The position numbers and the translations under genes are program-made. Below, piece by piece: positions 49,395 to 59,617 of a stretch of 64,000 bases of DNA (position 1 is the first letter of the stretch; each line of letters opens with the position of its first letter). The notes under the pieces were generated by a model. The model was given only the letters and a program-made list of their open reading frames with translations, searched no databases and was not told the DNA's origin. Source of the stretch: Bdellovibrionota bacterium (GTDB taxonomy: Bacteria > Bdellovibrionota > UBA1018 > CAIPTA01 > JAALKR01); assembly GCA_965207455.1 (NCBI GenBank), contig CBDBMJ010000001.1:1088001-1152000 (forward strand). Direction: 5' to 3'.

Positions 49395-50354
49395 GTGGCA
49401 GTAAAAAAATTGAAAAATACACCCAATCCTGAACAGGAGGAATTTGAAAATGCTGCCACTCGCACCATCAATATACAAAGCAACAAGCTCCAGCTACAGA
49501 AAGAAAAGGCAAAAGTAAAAAATGCGGTGCTGATTATTATTCGAGGAAAGCCCCAAGGGGAAAAATATATTCTCACAGACTCCTTAGTTCTGGGTCGGGA
49601 TAAGTCGGCCGATATATGCATCCCGGACAATAGTATTAGCAGGGAGCACGCTCGTATTCAAAAAGCCTCCGATGGCTATACCTTAGAGGATCTAGGATCG
49701 TATAATGGCACCTTCCTAAACGATAAGAAACTCACCCGCATAAGCCCTTTACAAAAGGAAGATATAATAACCATTGGATCCACCATATTGAAATATATTC
49801 CAGCCGGCGAGTTGGAAATTCTCTATCAGGATAACCTCACCAATGCTGCTTATATAGACTCCCTAACCCAAGTCTATAATCGGAATTATATTACCCAGGT
49901 GTTGGAGGCAGAGTTTAAGCGCGCAAAAGCGCTCCATTCCGACTTCCCTATTCTACTATTCGACATCGATCATTTCAAAAGAATCAATGATAGCCTAGGC
50001 CACGATGCTGGAGACTTTGTTTTACGTCAACTCACGAAATTAATTAAAGATTCGGGGCTACGCGAGCGGGATCTCTTGGGACGCTGGGGGGGGGAGGAGT
50101 TTCTCTTACTTTCCATGAATTCCACAGAAGACGCTGCTCTAAGTATGGGGGAACGGATCCGAAAAAATATTGAAAATCATAGTTTCGACTATAACGGAGA
50201 AAAAATACAGGTCTCCATTAGTATTGGTATATCCAATCTAAAGCCCAGTCATAATTCCTATATGGATCTATATAAAGAAGCCGACCGGGCTTTGTACTCA
50301 TCCAAAGAAAATGGTCGCAATCTTACGACAGTCTTTAAAACCAAGAATCCTTAA
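49395..50354 (+). CDS. FHA-GGDEF diguanylate cyclase (DgcB-like)
   Basis: FHA LGRD..SISREHA..DLGSYNGT; DIDHFKRINDSLGH, I-site RERD, RWGGEEF. Confidence 0.9.
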   Translation: MAVKKLKNTPNPEQEEFENAATRTINIQSNKLQLQKEKAKVKNAVLIIIRGKPQGEKYILTDSLVLGRDKSADICIPDNSISREHARIQKASDGYTLEDLGSYNGTFLNDKKLTRISPLQKEDIITIGSTILKYIPAGELEILYQDNLTNAAYIDSLTQVYNRNYITQVLEAEFKRAKALHSDFPILLFDIDHFKRINDSLGHDAGDFVLRQLTKLIKDSGLRERDLLGRWGGEEFLLLSMNSTEDAALSMGERIRKNIENHSFDYNGEKIQVSISIGISNLKPSHNSYMDLYKEADRALYSSKENGRNLTTVFKTKNP

Positions 50355-50560
50355 GCCTTAGAAAAAAACCTTAAAAGGTTTATTTCATAAAATTCATATT
50401 TTTAAAATGGAAAAAAGCTAAAAAAAAAGACATGTTGCATCATTTTTTTCTTGCATTGTGATTGAAATCGCTGTACTAACATTGCATCGCGTTATTAAAA
50501 CAACGTGGCGCATTATAAATTGATAAACATAAACCATAAACCTTGAAAGGAAAAAATACC

Positions 50561-53278
50561 ATGGCCGCACCCGTAATATTCATATCATTAGCAATAGCTG
50601 CACTCAGCGGTTGTCTAGGATCTGGAAGCGAACAATCTCAACCCCATGATCAAGATGAACCCCAAACCCCACCCAAACCAAAAGTTCTCACACAATTGGA
50701 TTTAGTCCAAACCCCCCTCGCATACACTAATAGCAAGCAAGCAACATTTATCTTTGAGTGGACAGGAGAGATCAAAGATCCATCTCAAATAGTATATAAA
50801 TTGACCAAGCCCAATGAAGAACCCACCGATGGAAACTGGAAAAACTGTGACCAATGCCATACACTGGATGAGAAAAGATATACCCGAACTTATGTTGCAG
50901 AAGATTTACTCCAAGACGGTCAGTATACTTTTTCGCTAGGGATCCAAAACACCCAAATTGATCAAATAAAAGCTCAACAAAACTACAAATGGACTGTGGA
51001 TACACAACCTCCCACAATTAATTTAACAGTAACTAATCAAGCAGATGCCCCCAATGCAACAGACACCATGGGCTTTCATTTTGAGGTAACAGACACCTAT
51101 GGCACCAACAGTGCCCAATGCCGCCTCAAAACTCCATCAATGGAATTTACCCAATGGGTAGATTGCCAAAATCCCCAAAACTATACTGCTCTCTTAGAAG
51201 GAGCTCATGTCTTTGAATTGCAGGCAACCGATCAAGCAAGAAATACAGCTATGGAGTCCCATGCCTGGAATGTGATGGCACCAAAACCTGAACTTGGCGA
51301 AGATCGCTTAACGATTCCAAAACCTATAGTAGAAACTGTTCCAACCACTCCCACTGATACACTAGAACTTCCCACCGTTAGCAATGTAAGCTACGATCTC
51401 TCTGTTGCTGAAAGTGAAATACGGGTTCTGGAGGGAGAACGTGCACAAGTGGAGATACACCTCTCCAGCCCTCCCGAAACAGATATTTCTTTCTTTTGGA
51501 GTACTGTGGAAGGCAGTGCCAATGGAGGCACGAATCTACAGGAAAAAGACTTTCAAAGAGTAGATGCTAAAAGGCATACCATTAGAGCAGGAGCAATGAG
51601 TTCCACTCTTAATGTGAGTATACATAGAGACCATACCTATGAGTTTCACAAAGAGTCCTTTTCTCTTTCCTTTGCAAAAGATCCTTCTCACCCGAATCTA
51701 TCTCTTCCCAGCAACACTGTTCGAATTTTTATTCAAGATGCTGAAAAGTTTTACTTAAACGAAGACATGAGCTATGTATTCGATGAGGAAACTGATTTGA
51801 GTGATATAACAAGTATTTCTCTTACATTCAATCATGCAGACTCCCAAGTCAATACTCAACTCTACCCAGTAAGATTAGCAGAAAACGAACATTATAATTT
51901 CCACAGAAACATTCCAGCAGATGGAATCACTGTGACTAATAATAAAATCCATATTCCCAAGCATAACTACTTTAACCATGAAGATGAATCAAAACGGCAA
52001 TATAATCTACCCTTTGAAACGGAAATCTCTCTGGAAATAGAGTTTAGCAATAGGGAAAAAACCACAGTTAGCTTCACCACAATTGATTTTCCAACAGTAA
52101 ATAAAAATGTAAGAGAACAATCTAAATTTACAAATAATATTGCTCAATTCGTGTATCAGTTAACTACAAACTTCATAGGAACTGAAACAAAAACAGATTT
52201 TGAACATTGGACGGACCAAATAAAATGGCCTTCCTTAAATACGGAACAAAAAAATAAAATAAAAGATAATCAAGAAACCCATGGACTAAGCTATGCGGTA
52301 AAAAAAGAGATACATGGAGAATCGGTGAAAGTGCTGCTAGTAGGAAGAACAATTCTCCAATCAAGCTCCGTCTATCAAAGTGTGGTTTGGAAAACCTTTG
52401 ATTTTGAAGATGAGCTATTGGACTTAGAAGCCTATCATGAACAGGAGAATGGAGATCATAGCCATGCAATATCTCCCAACCGAAGAGTTCTAGGTGCTTA
52501 TACTGTCAATAATGAAGCCACCAAAATGGCACGTCATATTCTCAACTACGCTCCTAAGGTGGATATATATAACTATAATTTTAGGGATAGGTTTATCCGA
52601 TTAAAAAGAGAGCTTCTGAGAAAAGTTACTTTCATCCAAGATGTACTTGCAAATGAAAATATCGATATTGTGAGCCTTCCTATTCAAGGGGGGGATATAT
52701 TTGAAGTCCTATCCAATCCTGAAGAGTATTTAAAAACTCCCATAGATAATGGACTTGTATTGGTAGCACCCCTAGGAAATGAAATGGCAATAAGAAATAT
52801 CGACGATAACTGTGCCATTAGTAGCGAAATTCTCTTTCTGCCCTATCTGTATGATTTAAAGGATTCCCATGGGGGACTTGTTGCGATACAAGCGGTTAGA
52901 GAAGATACTGAAAATGGAGTAACAAAACACCTAGCTCGCACCCATGCTGGCAATGCTAGACACTATACCCTTTCTGTTCTGGAAACAGGCAACGAGGGCA
53001 CCATGGAAGCCACTGCTGTTTTTAGTGGAATGATGGCTATAATGATAGAAGCCAATCGAAAGTTTCGCAAGAATTATACCAATAGACAGCTACTGGAAAT
53101 TCTCATAGAGTCGGCTCAAGACATCGGTGTGGCCGGGGTGGATGATCTGTTTGGCCATGGCTTAGTGGATATGAAAACTGCCTTGGAACGCTTAGAAAAT
53201 GGCAAGCCACCCAGTTATAAATTATACCACTCTTTAGAAAAATTTGACGTTCATTCATGCTCAGGACACGCTTTATAG
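50561..53278 (+). CDS. Lipoprotein with Ig-like, Calx-beta-like and degenerate S8 subtilase domains
   Basis: Lipobox LSGC; WTVDTQPP Ig-like; TVEGSA...DF Calx-beta-like; APLGNE, GTMEATAVFSG, AQDIGVAGVDDLFGHGLVD. Confidence 0.75.
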   Translation: MAAPVIFISLAIAALSGCLGSGSEQSQPHDQDEPQTPPKPKVLTQLDLVQTPLAYTNSKQATFIFEWTGEIKDPSQIVYKLTKPNEEPTDGNWKNCDQCHTLDEKRYTRTYVAEDLLQDGQYTFSLGIQNTQIDQIKAQQNYKWTVDTQPPTINLTVTNQADAPNATDTMGFHFEVTDTYGTNSAQCRLKTPSMEFTQWVDCQNPQNYTALLEGAHVFELQATDQARNTAMESHAWNVMAPKPELGEDRLTIPKPIVETVPTTPTDTLELPTVSNVSYDLSVAESEIRVLEGERAQVEIHLSSPPETDISFFWSTVEGSANGGTNLQEKDFQRVDAKRHTIRAGAMSSTLNVSIHRDHTYEFHKESFSLSFAKDPSHPNLSLPSNTVRIFIQDAEKFYLNEDMSYVFDEETDLSDITSISLTFNHADSQVNTQLYPVRLAENEHYNFHRNIPADGITVTNNKIHIPKHNYFNHEDESKRQYNLPFETEISLEIEFSNREKTTVSFTTIDFPTVNKNVREQSKFTNNIAQFVYQLTTNFIGTETKTDFEHWTDQIKWPSLNTEQKNKIKDNQETHGLSYAVKKEIHGESVKVLLVGRTILQSSSVYQSVVWKTFDFEDELLDLEAYHEQENGDHSHAISPNRRVLGAYTVNNEATKMARHILNYAPKVDIYNYNFRDRFIRLKRELLRKVTFIQDVLANENIDIVSLPIQGGDIFEVLSNPEEYLKTPIDNGLVLVAPLGNEMAIRNIDDNCAISSEILFLPYLYDLKDSHGGLVAIQAVREDTENGVTKHLARTHAGNARHYTLSVLETGNEGTMEATAVFSGMMAIMIEANRKFRKNYTNRQLLEILIESAQDIGVAGVDDLFGHGLVDMKTALERLENGKPPSYKLYHSLEKFDVHSCSGHAL

Positions 53279-53317
53279 TCCACATGATGTTTCTCATTAT
53301 AACTCCTGGAAAACTTG

Positions 53318-54715
53318 TCAAGGATGACTTTTTTCTTTCCAAAAGTAGCCTATTTGATAAGCCACACCAGTGGCAAGCAAGCCAATATAAAACTCGTCTA
53401 TATCTTTCCAAAATCCACTACGATCTATGCAATACCACATAGTCATAAAAAATACTCCTGCTAAGCAAGCTATTACAAATTGACTATCTCCAATTTTCTT
53501 GGGAAGAATATAACCCAGTAAAACAGGAAATAATAAGCAAGCTGCAGAGTAACCACCTAAAACCTTCCAAACTTGCTTAATATTTCCTTCAAAAAAAACA
53601 GCTAAGAGAATGGAAAGTAACCCCACGAAAATAATAGAAAGATAGTGACGCACTCGAGTATGGACAGTTTTCTTAGAGAATAGATCGAAAGAAAGAGATG
53701 TGCCTGCAATAAGTAAATAGGAGTCAATGGTGGAAAGTATGGTGCAAACAATCCCTCCCACAATAAAACCACGAACCCCCGGAGGAGCTATTTCCAAAGC
53801 ATAAACAAGGTATGCAGACTTTGGATCTGCATCCGGCATCACAGCACGGGCATATAGGGCTCCCACCGTGGTACAAATATCAAAAATAATCCAAATGCAG
53901 GTGGAAGAAAGAATTCCCACTCGAGCTGTTCTAGCAGAATCAGCAGCAAAACAACGTTGATAGAAGTTTGGATCCACTAAAGTGGAAAGAGCTATAAAGC
54001 CCCAAATGAATGTGCTGGATAGAGGCGCATCTCCCAAAAAAGAAAGATGATTTTCAGGAAGGTGTTCTTGGAGAAATCCCAAGCCACCAAAACCTTGTAT
54101 GGATAAAACAACAATAATAATCACAGAGGAAAACATCACTAAAAACTGCACCACATCGGTAAAAACAATGGCTCGAAACCCTCCAAAAGCAGAGTAGAAA
54201 ACGGAAAAAGATACCCCAAGGCTTACTGCCAATAAAAAATCTAAACCAAAAACAATTTGTAGGATAATACCCAAACTAATAGCGTAAGTAATGGGAACCA
54301 CATTAAAGAAATTAAATACAGCACTTAATTTTGCAGATCTTGGCCCCACCATCTTGCCAATTAAATCTGGCAACGTTAAAGCTTCATAACTTCTCACTTT
54401 ATTCACCAGAAAGAGAGCAAAAATAATATAAGAAATATACCAAAAAACACCTTGAGTAAGAAAACTATAGATTCCGTGCTCAAAAGTAATTTGAGTGACT
54501 CCAAAAATTCCCCCGTACCAAGTGGCTACCAATGTGGCAATAAAAAAAGGCAATGTGAGTCGCCTACCCATTAAAAAATATTCCAAAATATGGGCCCGGC
54601 TATCGGACTCGCTATTCAACTTAGACTGGGCTTTATGGGAGAAATACAGAGCTAAAAAGATACAGGCAAATATGGAAAAAAATACAAGCCAATCAATCAT
54701 TCCAAATACATTCAT
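53318..54715 (-). CDS. Sodium:solute symporter family protein
   Basis: EYFLMGR, ATLVATWYGG, GGFRAIVFTDVVQF, YQRCFAA, LSTIDS; about 13 TM segments. Confidence 0.9.
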   Translation of the reverse strand: MNVFGMIDWLVFFSIFACIFLALYFSHKAQSKLNSESDSRAHILEYFLMGRRLTLPFFIATLVATWYGGIFGVTQITFEHGIYSFLTQGVFWYISYIIFALFLVNKVRSYEALTLPDLIGKMVGPRSAKLSAVFNFFNVVPITYAISLGIILQIVFGLDFLLAVSLGVSFSVFYSAFGGFRAIVFTDVVQFLVMFSSVIIIVVLSIQGFGGLGFLQEHLPENHLSFLGDAPLSSTFIWGFIALSTLVDPNFYQRCFAADSARTARVGILSSTCIWIIFDICTTVGALYARAVMPDADPKSAYLVYALEIAPPGVRGFIVGGIVCTILSTIDSYLLIAGTSLSFDLFSKKTVHTRVRHYLSIIFVGLLSILLAVFFEGNIKQVWKVLGGYSAACLLFPVLLGYILPKKIGDSQFVIACLAGVFFMTMWYCIDRSGFWKDIDEFYIGLLATGVAYQIGYFWKEKSHP

Positions 54716-54795
54716 ACCTTAGCCTCAAGTAATTCAAGTCACCATAAGCCACGAATGGAAATTTTTCAATAGAAAAGGATAGTTCCTTTTGTCAG

Positions 54796-55845
54796 CTACA
54801 GAATCTTACTATCTAGAATGAGGTACCTGGTATTGGGCAGAGCAAGCAGCCTACCCTCATGACAAAGCTTTTCAATTCTTGCTATGCTTTGGGGCAGAGG
54901 CAGTTTCCAAGATTTTTGAAGCTCCAGTAAAGAATACTCCTTGGATTTTATTATTTTTCCTTTATTTTTCGGTGAGAAAAGAGGCGTGAGCTTCCCACCC
55001 AGTGGCTGAGCTATGGACACGTACGCTTCCTCAAAAGAACTAACAGGTGTTGCTCCTGATTGTATCAAAGCAATACTGCCCTTTCCATACTGTGTGCGAT
55101 AGTCCTGCACAAAAACCACCACTGTTTTACTTTGTGCTAGGGCATACTTTCCTGTAATCGCAGCACCACTTTTTACGGCTCCCTCCACCACAATAGTTCC
55201 ACTGGAAATCTCCGCAATAAGTTGGTTGCGCCTAGGAAAATTACTGGGATAGGGAGGCGTATGGGCAGGAAATTGAGAAATAACAGTGCCGCCAGAATCG
55301 AGTATGGTGTTGAGTAGTTTTCCATTTTCTCTAGGATAAATAACATCAAGCCCAGATCCAAGCACAGCAATTGTATAGGAACCATGCTGTATACATTGCC
55401 TGTGCGCAATGCTATCTATTCCTCTGGCTAGCCCACTCACAATACCTATCCCTTCCCTGCTAAAATAGTCACTCACACCAATAGCATTACTAACACCGAA
55501 AGAACTGGGTTTTCGTGTGCCCACAATTGTAACTAAAGAGGCAGGCTTGGGAATGCTCTCCCCTTGAAGATACACCACAGGCGGCAAATATACGTTTTCG
55601 GGAGAAAAGGGATAGGTTTTTTCCAAAAAACATAGTCCCATATTCTTTTCTTCTCGCACTAGATCCATGGCTTCCTTCCAGCTTTTGGGCCTAGAGTATT
55701 TAGCCGTGGGTCGCTTAGAAAAAATAGGAACTTGAAAGGGATCCTTATCCCGGTGACTCTCCCAGTAACTCTCCCATAGGAGCCTAGAGAAGTCGAAAAA
55801 GAAATAGGCTGTTTTTAAGTAGATGATTGGATTTTTGCTCAACAT
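54796..55845 (-). CDS. dprA: DNA-processing protein DprA
   Basis: IVGTRKPS, IVSGLARGIDS.AH, VLGSGLD.IYP.EN, FPRRNQLI, VVEG..KSGA.IT. Confidence 0.92.
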   Translation of the reverse strand: MLSKNPIIYLKTAYFFFDFSRLLWESYWESHRDKDPFQVPIFSKRPTAKYSRPKSWKEAMDLVREEKNMGLCFLEKTYPFSPENVYLPPVVYLQGESIPKPASLVTIVGTRKPSSFGVSNAIGVSDYFSREGIGIVSGLARGIDSIAHRQCIQHGSYTIAVLGSGLDVIYPRENGKLLNTILDSGGTVISQFPAHTPPYPSNFPRRNQLIAEISSGTIVVEGAVKSGAAITGKYALAQSKTVVVFVQDYRTQYGKGSIALIQSGATPVSSFEEAYVSIAQPLGGKLTPLFSPKNKGKIIKSKEYSLLELQKSWKLPLPQSIARIEKLCHEGRLLALPNTRYLILDSKIL

Positions 55846-55934
55846 ATCAAGGGTATAAGCAAATAAAAGACCTAATTTTAAGCAAGAAGAAAGGCTCTGG
55901 GAGGCTCTTTCCCCATCACAAGGTCCGAATTTTC

Positions 55935-57464
55935 TTACTTATTATCAAATAAAGAGTTCAACTGCTCCTCATCCCTTAAAGGTTTTCTCTTATCTTGCGC
56001 CCGCTTCCTTCGACTATCCTTTTTTTTCTTCTTCTTTTGAAAGGAATTATACTCAACAGGCGGAACAGCAGAACTCTCATCCGACTCTTTTTCCTGCTCT
56101 AATAGGTCCACCTCTTCAGTACCTGCCCCATCCTCACCATTACCATTCCAATCCTCAGAGGGCTCTAGCGGTAGAGAAATGGGATTACCCTGCTTTAATT
56201 CCTGACGATGGAGTTTCGCTAAACGCTTTTGCTCCTTATCCGTAATATCTAAAACACCCACACTTGCCTCCAACCTATCCAACCTATATCGATAGGAATT
56301 CGCTCTTGCAAGCGCATCTTGCTTTAATCTTTCCCTTTCTTCCAGCTCATCCTCATATTGAAATGCAGCTAACTCATCATTATCTCCAATGTCTTTTAAG
56401 GGAAGGGGCTCCTTAGCTATTTCTACCTTAGGCGGCGGATCCTCCACTATTTCTACCTTAGGCGGTGGAGGCGGTGGTTCAGATATTTCAGGCTCTTCCT
56501 CCACTACAGGCTTCTTAACAATAGTGTCGACATAGTCACCCGTGGTGGTCTCCAATAAACTTCCCAACTGAATGGTACTAAACTGGCGAGTAATAATCGC
56601 AGTAGAATAAGCCTCGGAAACATGGGTCACCATTACCTCTCCCAAAATATTTTTTTGAGGAATAGCCTCTTCACTATCCCAAACATATATGGGCGCCACC
56701 ATACGAAACAAAGCTCCTTGCTCCACCCCATCCCTACTACCTCGATTGATATGCACAAAAGAACCCGCTGTGGGAGAAATCCTATCCAAAGGAATACCGG
56801 CTACAATAACAGCAAATAAACGTACGGGACTATGAATTGATTTTATATTCTTATAGGAAGGAAATTTTGCTATAACAAAATCCCCAATTTCAATTTTTCC
56901 ATAAATAGTACGAATACGAGCCTTCACTAAACCTTTCGAGCTACCCATAATCTCTATGAACCCCTTGGACTCATATACATAACCAGCTAAATTATAACCT
57001 TGAGACCGATCTCTTACACCAAATCTATTCACCCTTATCTTAAAGCTACTGTTATCATTTCTATCCTGTAAAACTACCTGTGGAACAAATATATCAAAGT
57101 GTTCCCCTGGTGAAGGATAGATCCCACTAAACCAACGAATATAGACATCTGAATAATTGGAAAAACCATCATCTACAGCACTCAAAGGACCAACGATTTT
57201 CCCCAAAGGCTGTTTTGAATCCAAAGTAATAAACGCCGGGACTCTTAGAAAATTTAAATTCCCACTCTTTAATCTTCGAATTTTTTGACTAAAAACTATT
57301 ACTTTATTTTCAGAATTATTTTTTAAGTATCTTCTACGCTCCTGTGCCTCCAATTTTTCCTCTTTGTTCAGTAAAAGATCTTTTCCTTGATTCTTTGAAC
57401 CCCAAACAGTACTCAGAGTAAATATGGGAAAGGTGATAAGAAAAATTATAAGAATCTTTCCCAT
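55935..57464 (-). CDS. Secreted hypothetical protein (TsaP/FlgT-C-like) with Pro-rich and acidic tail
   Basis: Signal peptide; VHINRGSRDGV..G; location immediately upstream of dprA. Confidence 0.55.
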   Translation of the reverse strand: MGKILIIFLITFPIFTLSTVWGSKNQGKDLLLNKEEKLEAQERRRYLKNNSENKVIVFSQKIRRLKSGNLNFLRVPAFITLDSKQPLGKIVGPLSAVDDGFSNYSDVYIRWFSGIYPSPGEHFDIFVPQVVLQDRNDNSSFKIRVNRFGVRDRSQGYNLAGYVYESKGFIEIMGSSKGLVKARIRTIYGKIEIGDFVIAKFPSYKNIKSIHSPVRLFAVIVAGIPLDRISPTAGSFVHINRGSRDGVEQGALFRMVAPIYVWDSEEAIPQKNILGEVMVTHVSEAYSTAIITRQFSTIQLGSLLETTTGDYVDTIVKKPVVEEEPEISEPPPPPPKVEIVEDPPPKVEIAKEPLPLKDIGDNDELAAFQYEDELEERERLKQDALARANSYRYRLDRLEASVGVLDITDKEQKRLAKLHRQELKQGNPISLPLEPSEDWNGNGEDGAGTEEVDLLEQEKESDESSAVPPVEYNSFQKKKKKKDSRRKRAQDKRKPLRDEEQLNSLFDNK

Positions 57465-57467
57465 ACT

Positions 57468-58280
57468 CTACTCTTCCTCTCCTGTGGAAGATATGAAATC
57501 TAAAGTAGTGGGAGAATCCGGAAAACTCCTTAATAATAACTTACGGTAATGATGAGATTGAGATACATTAAAGCTCACTCCATACGCTTTAGAAAGACCA
57601 GCTAATGCTTCAGGCATTTGCAACGCTTTAGGAAACTCTTTCTCTAACTTACTCCAATGGACAATAGCAGATAACCAGTCCTTATCTGCCATACTCGACT
57701 TCCCTGCCCAATACAAAGCACTGGAAGCTAGACCATGATCTTTGTGACGTTCTACAAAATCAATAAACCCTAGAGATGCCCTCTCGTACTTCCTTGCATC
57801 GTAAAGAATTTTAGCTTGCTGGAACTCTTTTTCTATAGGAGAAAGACTAAGATCATCCTCAACAGCAGCTTCTTGCATTGTTTCTTTGCTTGTTTTTCTC
57901 GACATATTCCGGTCTACCGTCGATACCTTTTGTATAATAAAGTCTCGACGCATGGGCATTTCTTCCTCACTATTCCCAATTTCCATTTCTTGTACCATCT
58001 CTTGCGACATCTCTTGCGCTACAATTTTGGGCTGACCATCCCTGCCCTTTAAAATACGCAAGGACTCCGTCAATACTTCCAACTTCGTCTCCAATGAACT
58101 AACCTTGGAACTAAGATGTACAATCTCCTCTTCAAGATTCACTGCTGGAGTAACACCCTCCAACTCCTGAACACCCTTCATTTTAGAAAAAGAAAGAACT
58201 TCTCTTTTTACGGGAATAGCACAATTAGTAAATAAACCTACAGCAAGACCCATAAAAAGAACTGTGAAATATACATTCAT
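57468..58280 (-). CDS. TPR lipoprotein, YbgF/CpoB-like
   Basis: FTNC lipobox-like, coiled coil, C-terminal TPRs (F..F...H..H.LA..ALYW.G). Confidence 0.75.
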   Translation of the reverse strand: MNVYFTVLFMGLAVGLFTNCAIPVKREVLSFSKMKGVQELEGVTPAVNLEEEIVHLSSKVSSLETKLEVLTESLRILKGRDGQPKIVAQEMSQEMVQEMEIGNSEEEMPMRRDFIIQKVSTVDRNMSRKTSKETMQEAAVEDDLSLSPIEKEFQQAKILYDARKYERASLGFIDFVERHKDHGLASSALYWAGKSSMADKDWLSAIVHWSKLEKEFPKALQMPEALAGLSKAYGVSFNVSQSHHYRKLLLRSFPDSPTTLDFISSTGEEE

Positions 58281-58502
58281 CTACCTTTAATGATAGGAAG
58301 AACTAGTGGTTTTGGTCAAGCAAAGCTTGGGGAAAGTGCTGTAATATAGCCTAGAAAGAAAGCTTTTTAAATAATACCTTAAAACATGTACGGAATGAAA
58401 ACCTGAAAACCTGCTAGGAAATAAAAGCATTCTTTTTCTTACACGGTAGGGGAGGACGGTAAAGCAAATTGTGTAATTGCAGTTTCAACAGCGAGCTAAC
58501 TC

Positions 58503-59134
58503 TTATCTCCCCGATCCATTGCCGCCTTGATACTCAGGTCTCTTCTTATAACTCTCCTCAGAAATACGATCTCCTTTTTTAATACCTTTAGAAGCACTCT
58601 TTTCTTTATAGATATCATCTAAAGCTAATTGAGCTTCTGCATTCCCCTGCTTTGCTGCTTTTTCATACCAATACATTGCTTTTTTTAAATCTTTAGAAAT
58701 ACCCTTTCCTTTATAGTCTTTAGAGCCATCCCTTCCTTTATATATATATCACCTAAAGCAAATTGAGCTTTTGCATATCCCTGCTTTGCTGCTTTTTCGT
58801 ACCAACGAATGGCTTCCTTATAATTTCGTTTAGTCCCTTCTCCTCTATCATACATACGACCCAAAGCAAATTGAGAATATGCATCTCCATCACTCATTGT
58901 TCCAACTTTACTTGCCGCTCTATAATACCAATGCAGCGCCTTTCTGAAATCTTTAGAAGTACCCCATCCATAATAGTATATATCAGCTAATGTTTTCTCT
59001 GCTCCTACCTTTCTTTGCTCTGCCTCTTTCGTTATTCTACTTATATATTCAGCAGAATGACTGTAACCCGTATTGGATACAGTGCTAAAAACAAGTAACG
59101 TAACTAAATAAAAATTAATTCTACTTTTTTTCAT
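58503..59134 (-). pseudogene. Sel1-repeat secreted protein, frameshifted in a TA tract
   Basis: Frame ends at 58685, but Sel1 homology (KDLKKAMYWYEKAAKQGNAEAQ...GSGR*) continues in another frame to a stop at 58503; shift lies in the TA run at about 58739-58749. Confidence 0.8.
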
Positions 59135-59174
59135 TTTTGATTATCCTCCTAAAATTTAAACGCTCTTAATATAC

Positions 59175-59201
59175 GTATCGACAAAAATACTGTGTTCTTT
59201 A
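59175..59201 (-). promoter_or_regulatory. sigma28/FliA-like promoter (copy 1)
   Basis: Minus strand TAAA-N15-GTCGATAC before an AGGAGG RBS. Confidence 0.55.
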
Positions 59202-59306
59202 AGCATCTTCTGAAAAAGAGAGAATTTTCGTCACAGAAACAATAAATACAAGAAATAGTTTTAAAAAACTCTTTGTTTGAGTTCCAATATCGTGTATGAA
59301 AAATAA

Positions 59307-59516
59307 TCATGCATTTTGATCAAACTTCGTCTCCAATGAACTAACCTTGGAACTAAGGTGTACAATCTCCTCTTCAAGATTCACCGCTGGAGTAACCAAC
59401 TCCTGAACACCCTTCATTTTAGAAAAAGAAAGAACTTCTTTTTTTACGAAAGCAGCACAATTAGTAAATAAACCTACAGCAAGACCCATAAAAAGAACTG
59501 TGAAATATACATGCAT
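59307..59516 (-). pseudogene. Truncated duplicate of the 5' end of the YbgF-like gene
   Basis: Near-identical to the first ~67 codons of 57468..58280, with substitutions and a 6-nt deletion; cut after LETK. Confidence 0.85.
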
Positions 59517-59617
59517 TATCAGTAAATTTTAGTAAATAATAATTTGCGCCAACTGAGGGTGTCATGTAAACGCAATTCTTAACTACCGCAGCTTATAGTC
59601 TCTACAGGCTCGCTCTC

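Noticed and set aside
49256..49630. 125-aa N-terminal extension of the 738-aa ORF
   Set aside because: Overlaps the FHA-GGDEF gene on the opposite strand; the GYF_2 domain begins right after the ATG at 49255
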